DNA of 64,000 nt from Basidiobolus meristosporus CBS 931.73. Lineage: Eukaryota; Fungi; Basidiobolomycota. The stretch is taken from assembly GCA_002104905.1 (NCBI GenBank), contig MCFE01000498.1, positions 1 through 64,000 on the forward strand, written 5' to 3'. The position numbers and the translations under genes were made by a program. Shown here piece by piece: positions 23,764-36,876 of this stretch (the first letter of the stretch is position 1; every line of letters begins with the position of its first letter). The notes below the pieces were generated by a model. It did not search any database, was not told where the DNA came from, and was given only the letters and a program-made list of their open reading frames with translations.

Positions 23764-25356
23764 CTATTCCTCGCGTTTGATAGGCAAGTAGCCCACAGAA
23801 AAGCCGTTCATTTTCCGCTTGACTGGTGGCAAGGACAAAGTACTTAGTCTAAGGGACAGCAGCAGCTCTAGACAGTGATCGGCTGGATAGAAGAGGGTCT
23901 CCACTTGCTTGTTTTTCTTCCATTTATCTAGGAGCCTAGGTTGAAATGGAATGGTGAATGATCGTCCAATATCGCTCGCATACCCTTCTTGATTACCTTT
24001 GCCCATCTGGGTTGTGAGGATCCGAAACATCATTGTACAGGACTTTCAAGACTTTCAAGAATGATAAGTAAACCTAGGGGAAACGATCCATGTATTCTCT
24101 TGGGAAGTACCTGTAGTCAGTGGGTATTGCCCAAGCTCTTGGGCACTATCATCTGCGATGGACACGGACAAACGGGCATTGGTAGCAACTGCAGTATTCC
24201 AGCTAAACACCCATATCTAGAGAACGATGTGAGCCACGTACTGGCAGGATAGAACACCTAGCTCTCCTGAAATACCTGAAGTAAGGGTTCTTTGGTGGCC
24301 TTATCCTCGATGATGAAGTGATAGCTAGCGCTGGACTTGCTGATTTCTAACAGATCAGCGATGATGAAGCTCAGGAAGGACGGCTTCGGGACACTAGGCC
24401 ATACACAATTGGTAAGTAGCTAGTTATTGAGAGCCCAAGCATGATCTATCTTTTACGTTTCGTGTTGGCCGATGGGAAGGGTCACCTCGTACTTCTTGAG
24501 CTTTGCCGCCACCAAATGCTCCTCTAAACGATTATCAGAATCATTGTATTCGTCAGAGTATATGGCATCGTTTCGTACCGTTATGATCCAACAACCCTTC
24601 GCCTAAAGTAGACAGACACCTTGAGCAGACTATTGAGTGCCATTTTTTGAACTTGAACTGCTTCAACTAAACGGACAAAGAGGTCAATCCACTATACTCG
24701 CTAGACAAACCACGGAACCCTGACACTACCTTGGCACGATCTTGCTCTTCGGTCATGACGGCAGTTGTGTCCAGATCTTCGCTGGAGACCAACAGATAGG
24801 TGTTACCCACAAGCAAGGTGCCAGTTCTAGCAGTGATCTCACCCTTCTGTACCTGCTTATAATCGTCCTGATGACACATCCAACAATCGACCAATTCGAG
24901 CCAATGTTCGGAAGGCAGATCCAACGTTTTTTGAAAAACATTTCCCTCCTTGGTCAGCGGGTGTTCACAGAAACCACACTTGATTGTGTTCACAGCCCTC
25001 AATTCGGAGGCACTAAGTGGGCTCGGTACCTCGCTTAGCAAGTGGTTATTACCCGAGAGCTTCGTCTGAACCAGAGGTAGCTTAAGTTCCGCCCCGTGTT
25101 CGGAAGGAGTTAGGCTGACTCCTCTTACCTGAACAGGGGCAGGTAAATGGATCTGCTCCTTCGAGAAGTGGATGTCGGTTTTGGTGACACGAAAGTTGAC
25201 CTTCGTTTGAGTGGGAACCAGGGGATTTCCTACAAAGACATTGATGCTTTGTATATTACTGAGCTGCTCCAAAAAATACGGACACTCAGACGAGGTGGTG
25301 GAGCATTTAGAAGTCATACTGTGTCCAAGATTGACGGCTATCTGGGTCAACCTCAT
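23764..25356 (-). CDS. IPA1: HECT-like E2-binding protein (HECT_2; UBE3D/Ipa1 family), multi-exon
   Basis: Contains IKCGFCEHPL and LPSEHWLELVDCWMCH. Further exons run toward a stop at 23764 (...GFSVGYLPIKREE). The start codon is either 25356 or 25317. Confidence 0.75.
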
Positions 25357-25500
25357 TAAAATCACCCAATCCAGCTAGAATTGGTCGAGATTTCGAGTCG
25401 GTCAATAGGCAATTTTTCAATCCCACTCGACGGATGGAGTTTTGTTGGACTTTTTTCCCTGAACTCGAGTGTTTATTCTGATAGTCAACCTCCCTCTCAC

Positions 25501-26549
25501 ATGAAGTAGGTAGCAATTCGCTCGTATCGTTCAGTTGTCTCTTTTCGTTTCACTAACCAGCTTGCAATATGTAGCGTTGTCAAAGAGATCCAGCGGATTA
25601 ATTTACAAGAAGCTAGTCGTGATATCGATGGCTCTGGGTCCTGGCATAGTCAATACAAGGATAGCGCATATTTATTTGTAGGCGGATTACCTTTTGAACT
25701 CACCGAAGGCGACATCATATGTATCTTCTCACAGTAGGCTTACTTCCATCAAACCCAGCCCTACCTGTTCCCCTCTTACTAAATCGGATTGCATAGGTAC
25801 GGGGAGATTTTAGACGTCAACCTGGTACGTGACAAAAAGACAGGGAAGTCCAAGGGGTTCTGCTTTTTGGGCTATAGCGATCAAAGAAGCACCATACTAG
25901 CTGTAGATAATCTCAATGGAATCAAGGTACATTTTTAAAATCGGGCTGCCTTTCGACTTCTCAGAATAGTCCCAACTAATCTACTTGCAACTCACGATGC
26001 TAGGTATTGGAGAGAACACTTCGGGTAGACCACGTCGCAAATTACAAACCCCCCAAAGAGGGTGATGAACCAGACGCACCACGTAAATTCGAATACAACG
26101 CCGCGCCACCCCTATTAGAAGCCTCTTCCTCATCCGATTCCTCCCCCGAAAATGTGGACGAGGAGGACCCTATGGCAGATTACATAAGAAAGAGGAAAGC
26201 TCGCAAAGAAAAGAAGAAGGCGAAGAAAGCCCGTAAAGAGGACAAAGAGAAGAAATCCAAGAAAAAGAAGGAGGACAAGGAATCCAAGGACGAGAAAAAA
26301 GTAGGCGAAGCCCCAAGCAAGCGAGAGCCATCTCTTGAAAGAAAGGAAGAGAGGTACAGAGACGATTCTCGTACACGTTCAGACAGGCGTGATTCCTCTA
26401 GGAGGGAATCATATTCTCGTGAGGAGGGTGACAGACGACGAGAGCATCGACATCATCATCGTGAGGAATCTGAGTATCGCTCGAAAGATGCGAAATATGA
26501 GGAGTCCTCTAGTAGATACAGGGATTATAGATCTGAAAGAAGGTATTAA
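25501..26549 (+). CDS. IST3: RES complex RRM protein (RBMX2/Ist3/Snu17), multi-exon
   Basis: Spliced start MN|VVKEIQRIN, then [56 protein letters not shown] and RTLRVDHV, with a K/R/D/E-rich tail. Confidence 0.9.
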
Positions 26550-26735
26550 AATCTTTTAGAAAACGAGAATAAATGTGTAAAATACTCCAAAGATGAATTC
26601 GCTACTTATTTCTGCCATTAAAAACTCGTTTATTAATGAGATTGCTTATTTTGAGTGAACTGGTGTTGAATGATCTCCATATGAGTGAGGTTGAGTGTGC
26701 AAGTTAAGGCTGGGTTGAGGGTCGTAGTGATTTCA

Positions 26736-27082
26736 TCATGCCACTGGCGTGGCTCTTGAGCGAGCGGATCGTCGTAGTGACCATGAGCTGCTCCAGGAAG
26801 AGTCGCAGCTGAGAGATGTCCAGCTGTAAGGAGCTCTGGCATGGATGTTGTTAGGTTTGTGGGTGGGGGTGGCAGCAGAGGACCAGGACGATGACCATGA
26901 TGAAGTCCAAGAACGAGCAGGGGACGACCACGATGATGACCATGAGGTGGACCATGAGCCGGTAGGAGTGGAGTGGGAGCGGGAGTGGCTCTGTTTGCGG
27001 GACTACTGGTGGGAGCAGCCTGGCCAAGAGTGCTGTACATGAGTGCGTAGCAGCCGAATGAGAGCAGGTTGTTGAAGTGCAT
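26736..27082 (-). CDS. Ser/Trp-repeat secreted protein, copy B' (1-nt deletion plus internal deletion in module 2)
   Basis: Inverted paralogue of copy B with the same signal peptide and the stop ...ATPVA*. Confidence 0.55.
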
Positions 27083-27614
27083 GGCTGAGTGTTGGTAGTG
27101 AGGTGGATCGATTGGTGCTGTGGAATCTCTCTCTCGATCATCCAGTATATATATATATATATATTCGCGTAGCTGTTGGACTGAGGGTGATGGAGCACCA
27201 ATACTGATGTGGTATTGCAAACTTGAGGATGAGTGTGTATGCGGGCTGAAGGAATAGGGATGAGCACTAGTTACAACCACTTGGTAAGCCTGATTCTCAC
27301 CGGTATAGAGCTACTGACTGGATGACAGAGCTCCAGTGGTGTGGATGCGGATGCGGATGCGAATGAAAGTGATGATAGCACATCGATAAGTGGGCAGAGC
27401 ATAGTCGAGCCTAGCAGCAACAATTAGAGAACAGCCAATCAGGGCAATTTTGTTTAATGGCATAAATATCATAGCGAGCTGGTCACTTTCAAAACTCTGG
27501 TCATATGTTTATTGAATGAGATTGCTTATTTTGGGGGATCAATGTTGAATGGTTTCGATATGAGAAGAGTGGAGTGTGCAAGTCAAGGCTTGACCAAGAG
27601 ATAAGATGATTTCA

Positions 27615-28025
27615 TCATGCCACTGGCGTGGCTCTTGGACGAGCAGATCGTCGGAGTGACCACGAGCTGCTCCAGGAAGAGTAGGATGTCTTCGCAGACC
27701 AGCTTGACGACCAGGAGGACGTCCAGCTGTAAGGAGCTCTGGCATGGATGTTATTAGGTTTGTGAGTGGGTGGGGGTGGAGGCGGCAGCAAGAGGACCAG
27801 GATGATGACCATGATGAAGTCCAGGAGCTTGCGGGGGACGACCACGATGAAGCCCAGGAACTTGCTGGGGACGACCACGATGATGACCATGAGGTGGACC
27901 ATGAGCCGGTAGGAGTGGGAGCGGGAGTGACTCTGTTTGCGGGACTACTGGTGGGAAGCAGCCTGGCCAAGAGTGCTGTACATGAGTGCGTAACAGCTGA
28001 ATGGGAGCAAATTGTTGAAGTGCAT
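27615..28025 (-). CDS. Ser/Trp-repeat secreted protein, copy A' (one extra repeat unit; small indels break the frame as assembled)
   Basis: ATG at 28025 gives MHFNNLLPFSCYALMYSTLGQA. An extra T follows gctgc, and there is an additional SWASSWSSPAS unit. Confidence 0.55.
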
Positions 28026-29248
28026 GGTTGAGCGTTGGTAGTAATCAGAACGCACTCCGCCTATCCACACTTATAGCTGTTGGGGCTGAGGATGAAAGAA
28101 TATCAATATGGGTGAGAGAAGATGAGAAAACGTAAGTGCTGATGTATTCATGAACTGGGTGCTTAAAAGCCAACCCAACATCGGCCTAAATCTATCTTAT
28201 TAGGATCGTCGGTTCCACTCATCCATCCCACCCAATCCTACATCCCCCCACACTCCAGCCGATCCATATGTCTGGATTACTGTATTAGCCTCCTTAAAGC
28301 ATATGACGTTTACGGAAATAGGCGAAATTGAAAACCATTCATAATACCAATCCGTCAAATGCATCACCGAGTCCGTTCAACTTGAGCAGTGAATGCAGTG
28401 TAGGGAGATAGAGGGCGAGGGTGAGGAAATGCGTGGAGACTTGATTTGGTATGTGGGCTTGGATAGTGATGAGATGGAGTTGATGCAAGGGCCTCACGGA
28501 TTGCTTTTCAGGTGAAGAATGTAGACAACAGCCAATCGTGTTTCAGAATCATCAATACCAACCAACTATAGATTTATAGGAAATAACAATGGTGACTATA
28601 ATTGGCCAGCTAGGGCATGAGATATCAGCAATATAGAGTAACTCAGAGAATCACCAGCATTGCTGTCACAGGCCCTACCACTTCTATTCACATCACAAAC
28701 AGAAGAAGCAACAGTCTTGGCAGAACCTAAACCAACAAGGAAACAAGCAGTCATACAAGGAAGATTCCATGATGGTGGGCCGAGTGTAATCTCCACCATC
28801 CAATCCCAGTACCAATCCTGATAACCGTTTGTCGAAACAGCCTTCAGCGACCAAATGGAACAATCGCATTCTTAAATAGAAAATTTTTGTTCCATTCCAC
28901 CATGAAAAGAAATTAATCAATCATAGTTGAGTGGTGGTGTCGTAAATGGGATAATTGAGGTCCATCGCATTATTTTCCTGACTGTTGATAAATCAGGTTT
29001 CGTTCAGGTTTCTTTTCTCTAGTTTTAGTGATTTTGGTGCTGCCTCAACCATAGCCTACTTTTGGGTGCCCTTAAAGCCTTTAAACAGAAGAGCACATTT
29101 CAGTCTTGGAGAGCCCCGTCCTCATCACGCGCGTGCTGCCCTTCCTTCCTACTCTACACTAGATAGCCATAAGTTTACAACCCCCCATCCAGCCCTAATC
29201 CTATACCTAAACTAGGTATTCGCTTCCAACCGCATCCCCCTTAACCAG

Positions 29249-32200
29249 TTTTCACGATTGGGTCAAGTCATCGTAACCAACCGGACGAGTTCCCAGAACT
29301 CCAGCCGGTCCAACTCGTCCCCATAGAGAGCAACAGAAGCTCTAGGCCTAGCCCAACCTTAGACACAAATCGCCTATTTCCTGGAACCCCAGATTTTGAG
29401 TTTGATTCCGAAGAGGAGGGAAGCTCTTTCGCCAATTCCCCTAATGGTTACACGAGACTGTTGGTGAACGAGCGGCAAGGCGGAGATGTGCAGACCCCTG
29501 AGCCCAGTTTTTTCCAGAAAAACCTCTCAGGCCCCTCCAAGCCTTTCCGGCGAGCCACGACTGCGGCTGGCGTCGATGAGTTCCGTATCATTTACCTTAA
29601 CGACAGAGAGAAGAACATGCCCTCCAAATACCTCCACAATCGCATCTCTACCGCCAAATACAACTTTATAACCTTCCTGCCGAAATTCCTGTTCGAGCAG
29701 TTTTCCAAATACTCCAACGTTTTCTTCCTGTTTACTGCCTGCATCCAGGTAAGTCGTGGGACTCCTCCCGCCACTCGTGGCCTTAGCATCCCCTAGGAAA
29801 GCTTACTGACTTGAAATTCCCAGCAAATCAAAGACATCTCCCCTACTTCCAAGTATACTACCCTGGTTCCCCTTCTTATTGTATTGGCTGCTACCGCGTT
29901 CAAAGAGATTGTTGAGGATTATGTAAGGGCAACAGAGAATCCCCACCAGAGCCCTCTAGACTAACATCACGCGTATTTAGAAACGACACCAATCTGATGC
30001 TGAGGTGAATGCAAGAGATACAAAGGTTCTTCAGGGAACAGCGTTTGTCTCCAGGCCATGGAGGGATATTGTGGTTGGTGATATTGTTCGTATTGAGGAT
30101 CAAGAGTTTTTCCCGGCCGACTTGGCGCTTCTAAGTTCTTCGGAGCCAGAGGCCATTTGCTACATCGAGACCAGTAATTTGGATGGGTAATTGGCTGACG
30201 TGTGTCCGTATCATCTGCGTGATGTGTGTGCTAATGTCTTTATCACAACCACAGCGAAACGAATCTAAAGGTCAAACAAGGGCTAACCGAAACCGCAGAT
30301 ATCCTGTCTCCGCTGGCTGCCAGCCAAATGGAGGGTAAGTTGCAAGGGCACTCTTAAAGCATTTATTCTAATTGCGGCATCAACCACAGGGTACATCAAG
30401 TGTGAGCAACCGAACAATAGCCTGTATACGTTTGATGGGACATTAGTTCTGCTTCAGAATGGTACTGAAAAAATCATGCCCCTAGATCCCACTCAGATCC
30501 TGCTCAGAGTATGGAGTTGTTTCTTGCTGAAGTGTTGGAGCCTGTGGCTTATCCTTTTGCCGTTTAGGGAGCGCAACTGCGTAACACACCGTGGGTCTAC
30601 GGCGTGGTCGTGTTTACTGGACATGAGTCCAAGTTGATGCGCAATGCCAGCGCGACGCCTATCAAGCGTACAGATGTCGAGAAAATGACCAACACACAGA
30701 TCATCTTTTTGTTCGGAATTCTGCTTGTGTTGAGTTTATCGTGTGCTTTGGGAACTCTTATCCTACGAGTAAGTCGTCACGTTCGCACTGCCACCCTCTT
30801 CTTCGCCTGACAATTGACCGTGTTCTTCATTTGATTTAGATCAGGTTTACTGATCAGATGGAGTATTTGGCGCTGGGCTCAACCAACATGTGGGCGGAAT
30901 TTGGAAAGAATATTTTGACATTTTTGATTCTTTTCAACAACCTGATCCCCATCAGGTAAGCGAATCTTCGGGGACATGACGCGAGGCCTAGACTAACATT
31001 CTCGTCTAGTTTAACGGTAACCATGGAGGTTGTGAAGTACCAGCAAGCCGCGTTGATCAATTCGGATCTGGACATCTACTACGCTAAAACGGACACGCCA
31101 GCTTTGGCAAGAACCAGTTCTCTTGTGGAGGAGTTGGGTCAGGTAGGCACGCAGCAGTAGATGTGGCCGTTTCACTCATGGCCACCCACTAACCTTGTTT
31201 TTAGATTGAATACATCTTCTCCGACAAAACCGGCACTTTGACCTGCAATGAAATGGAGTTTCGACAATGCTCGATCGCTGGCATAGGCTATGCGGATGTG
31301 GTAGATACCTCCAAATCGAACTTTGGAGAGTCGACTGGTGCGGGCCAATTCGACTTCAAACGGCTTATCGAGAACCTGCATTCCCACCCAACGGCCTCAT
31401 ATATCGACGAATTCCTTACTCTCTTGGCTACCTGCCACACTGTCATCCCCGAGAAGAACGAGAAAAAGGAGGGAGACATCATCTATCAGGCATCATCTCC
31501 CGATGAAGGCGCCCTCGTAGAGGGGGCTTCTGTATTGGATTTCGTCTTTACGGTATGCGAGTCTACTGTTTCAACCCCATCGAGGAACACCTTCCTAACA
31601 ACTTGTGTAGACTCGTCGACCCAAATCCATTCGGGTCCGTATTCTAGGCGAGGAGAAGGAATTCGAGGTGCTGAATATCTGCGAATTCAATAGTACTAGA
31701 AAGAGAATGTCGGCCATTATCCGGGGCCCCGATGGGAAGATCAAGCTTTATTGCAAGGGTGCCGATACCGTTATTCTCGAAAGACTAGGCCCCAATAACC
31801 CGTTCGTCGACACCACGCTGGCTCATCTCGAGGTGAGTTGATCAAACTTCAGGGCACACACCGTGTAAACCACTACTCACCATCTGAGCCTAGGATTATG
31901 CTTCGGAAGGACTGCGTACGCTTTGTATTGCTGTAAGAGAGATCCCCGAAGAAGAGTACAGAGTATGGTGCAACATATATGACAAGGCGGCCACCACCCT
32001 AGTCAATCGCCAGGATGAGCTCGACAAAGCTGCTGAAATGATCGAAAAGGATTTGTTCTTGCTCGGGGCAACTGCCATCGAAGATAAGCTCCAGGACGGT
32101 GTGCCAGATACTATCCACACCTTGGCACAGGTATGTGGCTACCTTTCTTCATTGCTACATGGATACAGAGCATATTTCTGACGGGGTTGAATAGGCTGGA

Positions 32201-33681
32201 ATCAAGATCTGGGTCTTGACTGGCGATCGCCAGGAAACCGCAGTTAACATCGGGTACAGCTGTAAATTGCTAACCGAAGACATGAGGCTGCTCATCTTTG
32301 ATCAGGAGAATATGCAGGACTTTTCCAAGGCTCTGCACGAAAGACTAAGGGCAGTCGAAAGTGTCCGGCTCACCGGCAACGAGACCGAGGTCGGTATTCA
32401 CTCTTGGTAGTTTTTCCCCGAGCCAACCGAATTCACACCCCTTTGTCCACCTAGCCTCTAGCACTGATTATCACCGGATACACCTTGGACTTCGCCCTCC
32501 ACAAGGACATGGAAGTTCAATTCCTGAGCCTGGCCACCAAGTGCAAAGCGGTCATCTGCTGTCGCGTCTCTCCGCTGCAGAAAGCACTTGTGGTCAAACT
32601 GGTCAAACGTCATTTGAAAACGATCCTTCTGGCGATCGGAGATGGTGCTAACGATGTGAGCATGATCCAAGCTGCACACGTTGGCGTCGGTATCAGCGGT
32701 ATGGAGGGTCTACAGGCGGCACGAAGCGCCGACTTCGCCATCTCCCAGTTTCGGTTTTTGAAGAAACTACTACTGGTCCATGGGGCATGGAGTTACCAGA
32801 GATTAAGCAAGCTTATCTTGTATTCGTTCTACAAGAACATCACCCTGTACATGACTCAGTTTTGGTTCGCCTTTTACAACGGCTTCTCGGGACAGACTGT
32901 GTACGAATCATGGACCATCAGTTTGTATAACGTCTTGTTCACCGTAATGCCTCCCATGGTCATCGGAGTGTTCGACCAGTTCGTCAGCGCCAGAATGCTC
33001 GACAGATACCCGGAGATGTACCAGCTCGGGCAGAGGAAAGAGTTCTTCAACGTCAAGACCTTCTGGGGATGGACGGGGAACGCGTTTTACCATTCGTTGA
33101 TCTTGTTCTTCTTCGTCAAGTTGATCTTCAAGAACGACGCGGTTCTCGCAAACGGAGATGTCGGAGGACAGTGGGTGTTCGGAACCACCCTGTATACCTC
33201 GGTGTTGGCAACCGTCCTCCTGAAGGCAGCCTTGGTGACCGATCTGTGGACCAAGTACACCGTGCTTGCCATCCCCGGTTCCTTCCTAATCTGGATCGTA
33301 TTCTTCCCCATCTACGCCGAGATCGCGCCGCGTATTGGCTTTTCAGAAGAGTACGACGGGATTATCCCTGTGCTTTATGGAAGTGCGGTGTTCTGGTTCA
33401 CTGTGCTGTTGGTGCCAACCATATGCGTATTAAGAGATTACACGTGGAAGTATCTTCGTCGCATGTACTTCGCAAAGCCCTACCACTGCGTGCAGGAGAT
33501 CCAGAAGTTCAACATCCCCGATTACAGACCACGCATGGAGAGATTCCGCAAGGCGGTCCACAAGGTGCGTGCCATTCAACGTATGAAACTAAACCGTGGC
33601 TTCGCCTTCTCCCAAAACGAGTCCGGCCAGGCCCATCTCATCCGTGCCTACGATACCACACACAAGAAACCCCAGGGATAA
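29249..33681 (+). CDS. DRS2: P4-type phospholipid-translocating ATPase (flippase), multi-exon; start codon not located
   Basis: Contains [36 protein letters not shown], the phosphorylation site [33 protein letters not shown] and the Drs2 C-tail GFAFSQ. Confidence 0.95.
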
Positions 33682-33856
33682 CCGCCTCGGCATCTACACC
33701 GAGCCCCTCTCCCACCCCAACCGTATCTCTCTATATACACTTTCTGTCGAATATAATTTCTGCTTCCCACCCTTTACACCCTCGGTCCTTTGCTTGATTT
33801 TGTGAACAGCACCCTCAGAAGGGACAATAAACTTGATTTCCCGAAGTTTATTCGAA

Positions 33857-34786
33857 TCAGTCTGGGTTGGTCACCCTCAATGCCTTGGTGTAGTCCACGT
33901 TGTCGTGCAAACTGATGGACGATCTCCGCGAGAGGTACCCGGCGAAGTGGGGTAGCTCCTGGGTTTCTATTTCCCGAGTGCGTTGGCGTCTTCTTCTCCG
34001 GTAAACGAAGTACCCGACCAGGATGCCCCCGATCAATAGCACCCCGGCCAATGTGAATATCGAGGCCGCCAACGCCTTGTTCTCGAGGAATGTCTGCTTG
34101 TTTGGCGTGGCCAGGCTCGTGGTGGGCGAGGCGTTGGCTTTGGTGTTTGAGGGGGTCGCGAAGGGGATGGTGGTGTGGGTGGAAGTGGAGGTGAAGGGTT
34201 TGCTAGCTAGAGCACTAGTCTGAGGAGTGCGGATTAGACTAGAAGAAGTTGTGACTGGTGTTGTCGGGGAAGTTGTGGCGAGGGTAGTGGAAGGTCTGGA
34301 GCTAGAAGACAGAGGTGGGGCGGAGGTGGGGGTAGAACTTGTGGAGGAAGTGGATGAGGATGAGGGTGAGGATGAGGTGGTGGCACTAGTAGAGGAGGAT
34401 GTGGTGGTGGTGGTGGTGGATGGCTTTCTATCTGACACAATATATACATTCAAATATTTTGCACCACCACAAGTCTCGAAGGGGTAGCCAGCGCACGGGA
34501 TGTTGCATTTGCTGGAATCCACTCGCAGGGATAACGGCGGGGTGTAGTTACCACAGTAACATTCGTTTCCATTCTGAGTGCCAGCGTAGATGAACCCGCG
34601 GCTAGAGCAAACCTCGGTGCACTTACCACTGGACTGGTACTCGTAGACGTAGGGATTGGGGATGGTGGGATTCCCCGCCAGCCCATTCAGCAATGGAGTG
34701 CTAGACCCATCCGAATAGCACCCCAGCATTGTGTCTTGGGCAGCAGCAGCATACGACAGTAATACGATCAAGAGAAGGGTTGTCAT
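33857..34786 (-). CDS. WSC-domain cell-wall stress sensor (signal peptide, WSC domain, S/T stalk, TM, short tail)
   Basis: MTTLLLIVLLSYAAAAQ signal peptide, WSC cysteine pattern (GCYSD...CTEVC...YAGTQNGNECYCG...CNIPCAG...CGG), S/T-rich stalk, then a TM segment followed by RRRRRQR. Confidence 0.88.
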   Translation of the reverse strand: MTTLLLIVLLSYAAAAQDTMLGCYSDGSSTPLLNGLAGNPTIPNPYVYEYQSSGKCTEVCSSRGFIYAGTQNGNECYCGNYTPPLSLRVDSSKCNIPCAGYPFETCGGAKYLNVYIVSDRKPSTTTTTTSSSTSATTSSSPSSSSTSSTSSTPTSAPPLSSSSRPSTTLATTSPTTPVTTSSSLIRTPQTSALASKPFTSTSTHTTIPFATPSNTKANASPTTSLATPNKQTFLENKALAASIFTLAGVLLIGGILVGYFVYRRRRRQRTREIETQELPHFAGYLSRRSSISLHDNVDYTKALRVTNPD

Positions 34787-35112
34787 GGCATTCTCTCGCC
34801 CCCGACCGTCCCAGATGGTTTGGGTATTTATAGCCGGTCGCCGGTTGTTTTCGCAGACTCGGGGTTCGAGAAGCACCATCGGGCCCGATGATTCGCGAAA
34901 AAATTCACTTAAGCTCAAAGCCTCTATTGGGGTTTCCTTGGGTCTCCTTGGCAGCCTCTGTTCGAGCCAAAATGGATGCCGGTTTTGGCACTAATCGCAT
35001 CGATAGCACGCTTCTGTTCGACTCAGCGGTTATTTTTATACGGCCTTGCCATATCGAGGACCAGACAAGATCGGGCAGCTGATATACAAATGACTTTATT
35101 TGGGTGATAATT

Positions 35113-36403
35113 TCACAGGGACTGGATGGCATCTTTCACAATAGGCTGAACCTGTTTACGGGAACAGTGGACGTTCATTTGCTCGTATGCATAGAATGGC
35201 TTCCGCCCGATCAGAACGGAGTCCTTCTTTTGCAGCTTCAACTCGGTCGATTCCAGTCGGCCGGGCAGGTCGTTCAGCTTGTCATTGTTGAGGTACAGGA
35301 CAAGCTGTCTTGCGAAGTCCTGGGTGTCCTTGTTCTCGAAAGCAGTCATGATCCCCAGCAGATCCAGCGAGTGCTCCCGGGCGTAGCTCTCGACGGCTTT
35401 TGTGAACTCCTGCTCGCCATCACGCTCAAGCCAAGCATCCAGCGACCAAGTGACAGTGCTGATTCCAATGGGATATCCCGAGATCTTCCATTCCTTGTAG
35501 TCTTTGCGCAAAAGGTCTCTGGAGGGCAGGTGGTGGATGTTGAATTTGGCTTCGCGGATTTCGGTGTAGTACTGCTGCGCCCCGGGAAAATCCATCGGGG
35601 TATCGATCAGGTATTCGATCAGTGTCTTGGCCACCTCCGAATCTTTCGGCCTAACCCGATCGTAGTGCTCATCTAGATTGATGGTGTCCAGCAAGATTGG
35701 TCCCAACGCTAGCATGGCAGTCTCATTACATAAATAGGTTTTGTGATTCGAGGTGCACGAGCTCAGCCAATGGGAGATGATCAACGTGGTGCATGACCCA
35801 ACCACCTCGATAATTCTAGGCTGGGCATCCAAGTAGAGACCTTCATCCTTGTGATGATCCAAGATACCCTTGACGTAGTCGCCCAAGTAATCCTGCTTCG
35901 GGGCCAACTTGTTGTGATCCACGATGACCAGCTCAAGGGTTGCGGCGCTAGCCAAGCTCTTTAGGTCTATCTCATCGATGAACACCAGCTCGTCCGTCTT
36001 GATTCCGCACTTGTTGAATACATACGTACACTCGGTACGTAGAACGAACTCGTCCCTTGGAATATTGATCACCGGCAACCAGGTGACCTTGGAGTCGGCA
36101 GGCTCGAGCCTCTGGTGGAGGTAGCCGTGCAACAAGGAGGATGCCATAGAATCCAGATCTGTCGCCCCAACGGAAAATACAAGAGGTTCGTCAATGCTAC
36201 TTTACACAGGAGAGGAAGGGAAATGCTTTACCGGCCGCCTCGTTTCCTATAATCACTCTGTAAACCTCCTCCTTGCTTCGGGTCCCACCCCTGGCCACCA
36301 GGCTCAGGTTGGCCAAGAAGAGATGAAAATCAGAGCCAGGCATGGTGTGGGTACTCGCGCTGGCACCAAAAAACCAATTCTTGAGGAAGGTTAAAGCGCT
36401 CAT
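35113..36403 (-). CDS. PPX1: DHH-family exopolyphosphatase (Prune/Ppx1), 2 exons
   Basis: Spliced IIGNEAA|DLDSMASS, followed by LVIVDHN, ILDHH, VGSCTTL, ILLDT and LLRKDYK. Confidence 0.9.
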
Positions 36404-36876
36404 GGTGCTGAGAATTCCAATCAAAAAGGAGGCGAAAAAAAGCGCAACACGGGATAAACACCAAGAGAAAAATCCCCCTTTTGGTATAAATGATGAGTTA
36501 ACTCTGGCCACTAGACGACTTTTAAGTGCGAACTGAGACGTCCCACTCCGTGCGTCATGCTCACATCATGCCCCTCATCCGCACACCGCTCCACTCTACT
36601 CCGCCGCCCTCTTCCCCGTTCAGGAAGAATTGGTGGTTTGCGTTACTCTGAGGGCCCGTAATGCCCTTTGTCCAGATTCAGGGGCTTTATCAATGGGAAA
36701 CTCTCACCCCTCACCCCTCACCCCTCGCTCTGACTCACTGCCTAAAGGAATAAATGATCTATGCGATACGATGTTTACAAGCAATCCGTTTAATAAATAT
36801 ATATGTAGGTCTATGAAGATTAGAATATTCAAGAGTGTATAAAAAAGTCAAGACAATGCGTGCTCCTCCTGAATAT

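Larger units (their letters stand above)
26632..28468 (-). repeat. Right arm of the inverted segmental duplication
   Basis: Reverse complement of ~21850-23722. It shares the (GCATCC)n run, and the (AT)n tract differs in length between arms. Confidence 0.9.

Noticed and set aside
23233-28025. Hydrophobic (LMVHLMVIIVVV) and antisense Asp/His-rich ORFs over the Ser/Trp genes, and the idea of programmed frame switching
   Set aside because: These are alternative frames of the same repeat. The indels in copies B, B' and A' fall mostly in homopolymer runs, as do the E6/E7 differences, which suggests long-read errors in unpolished repeats. Raw reads are needed.
28480-28930. CpG-poor stretch with a GLxLDG-like peptide, considered as a KDZ/DDE transposase remnant
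   Set aside because: The motif match is too weak and no termini were found.
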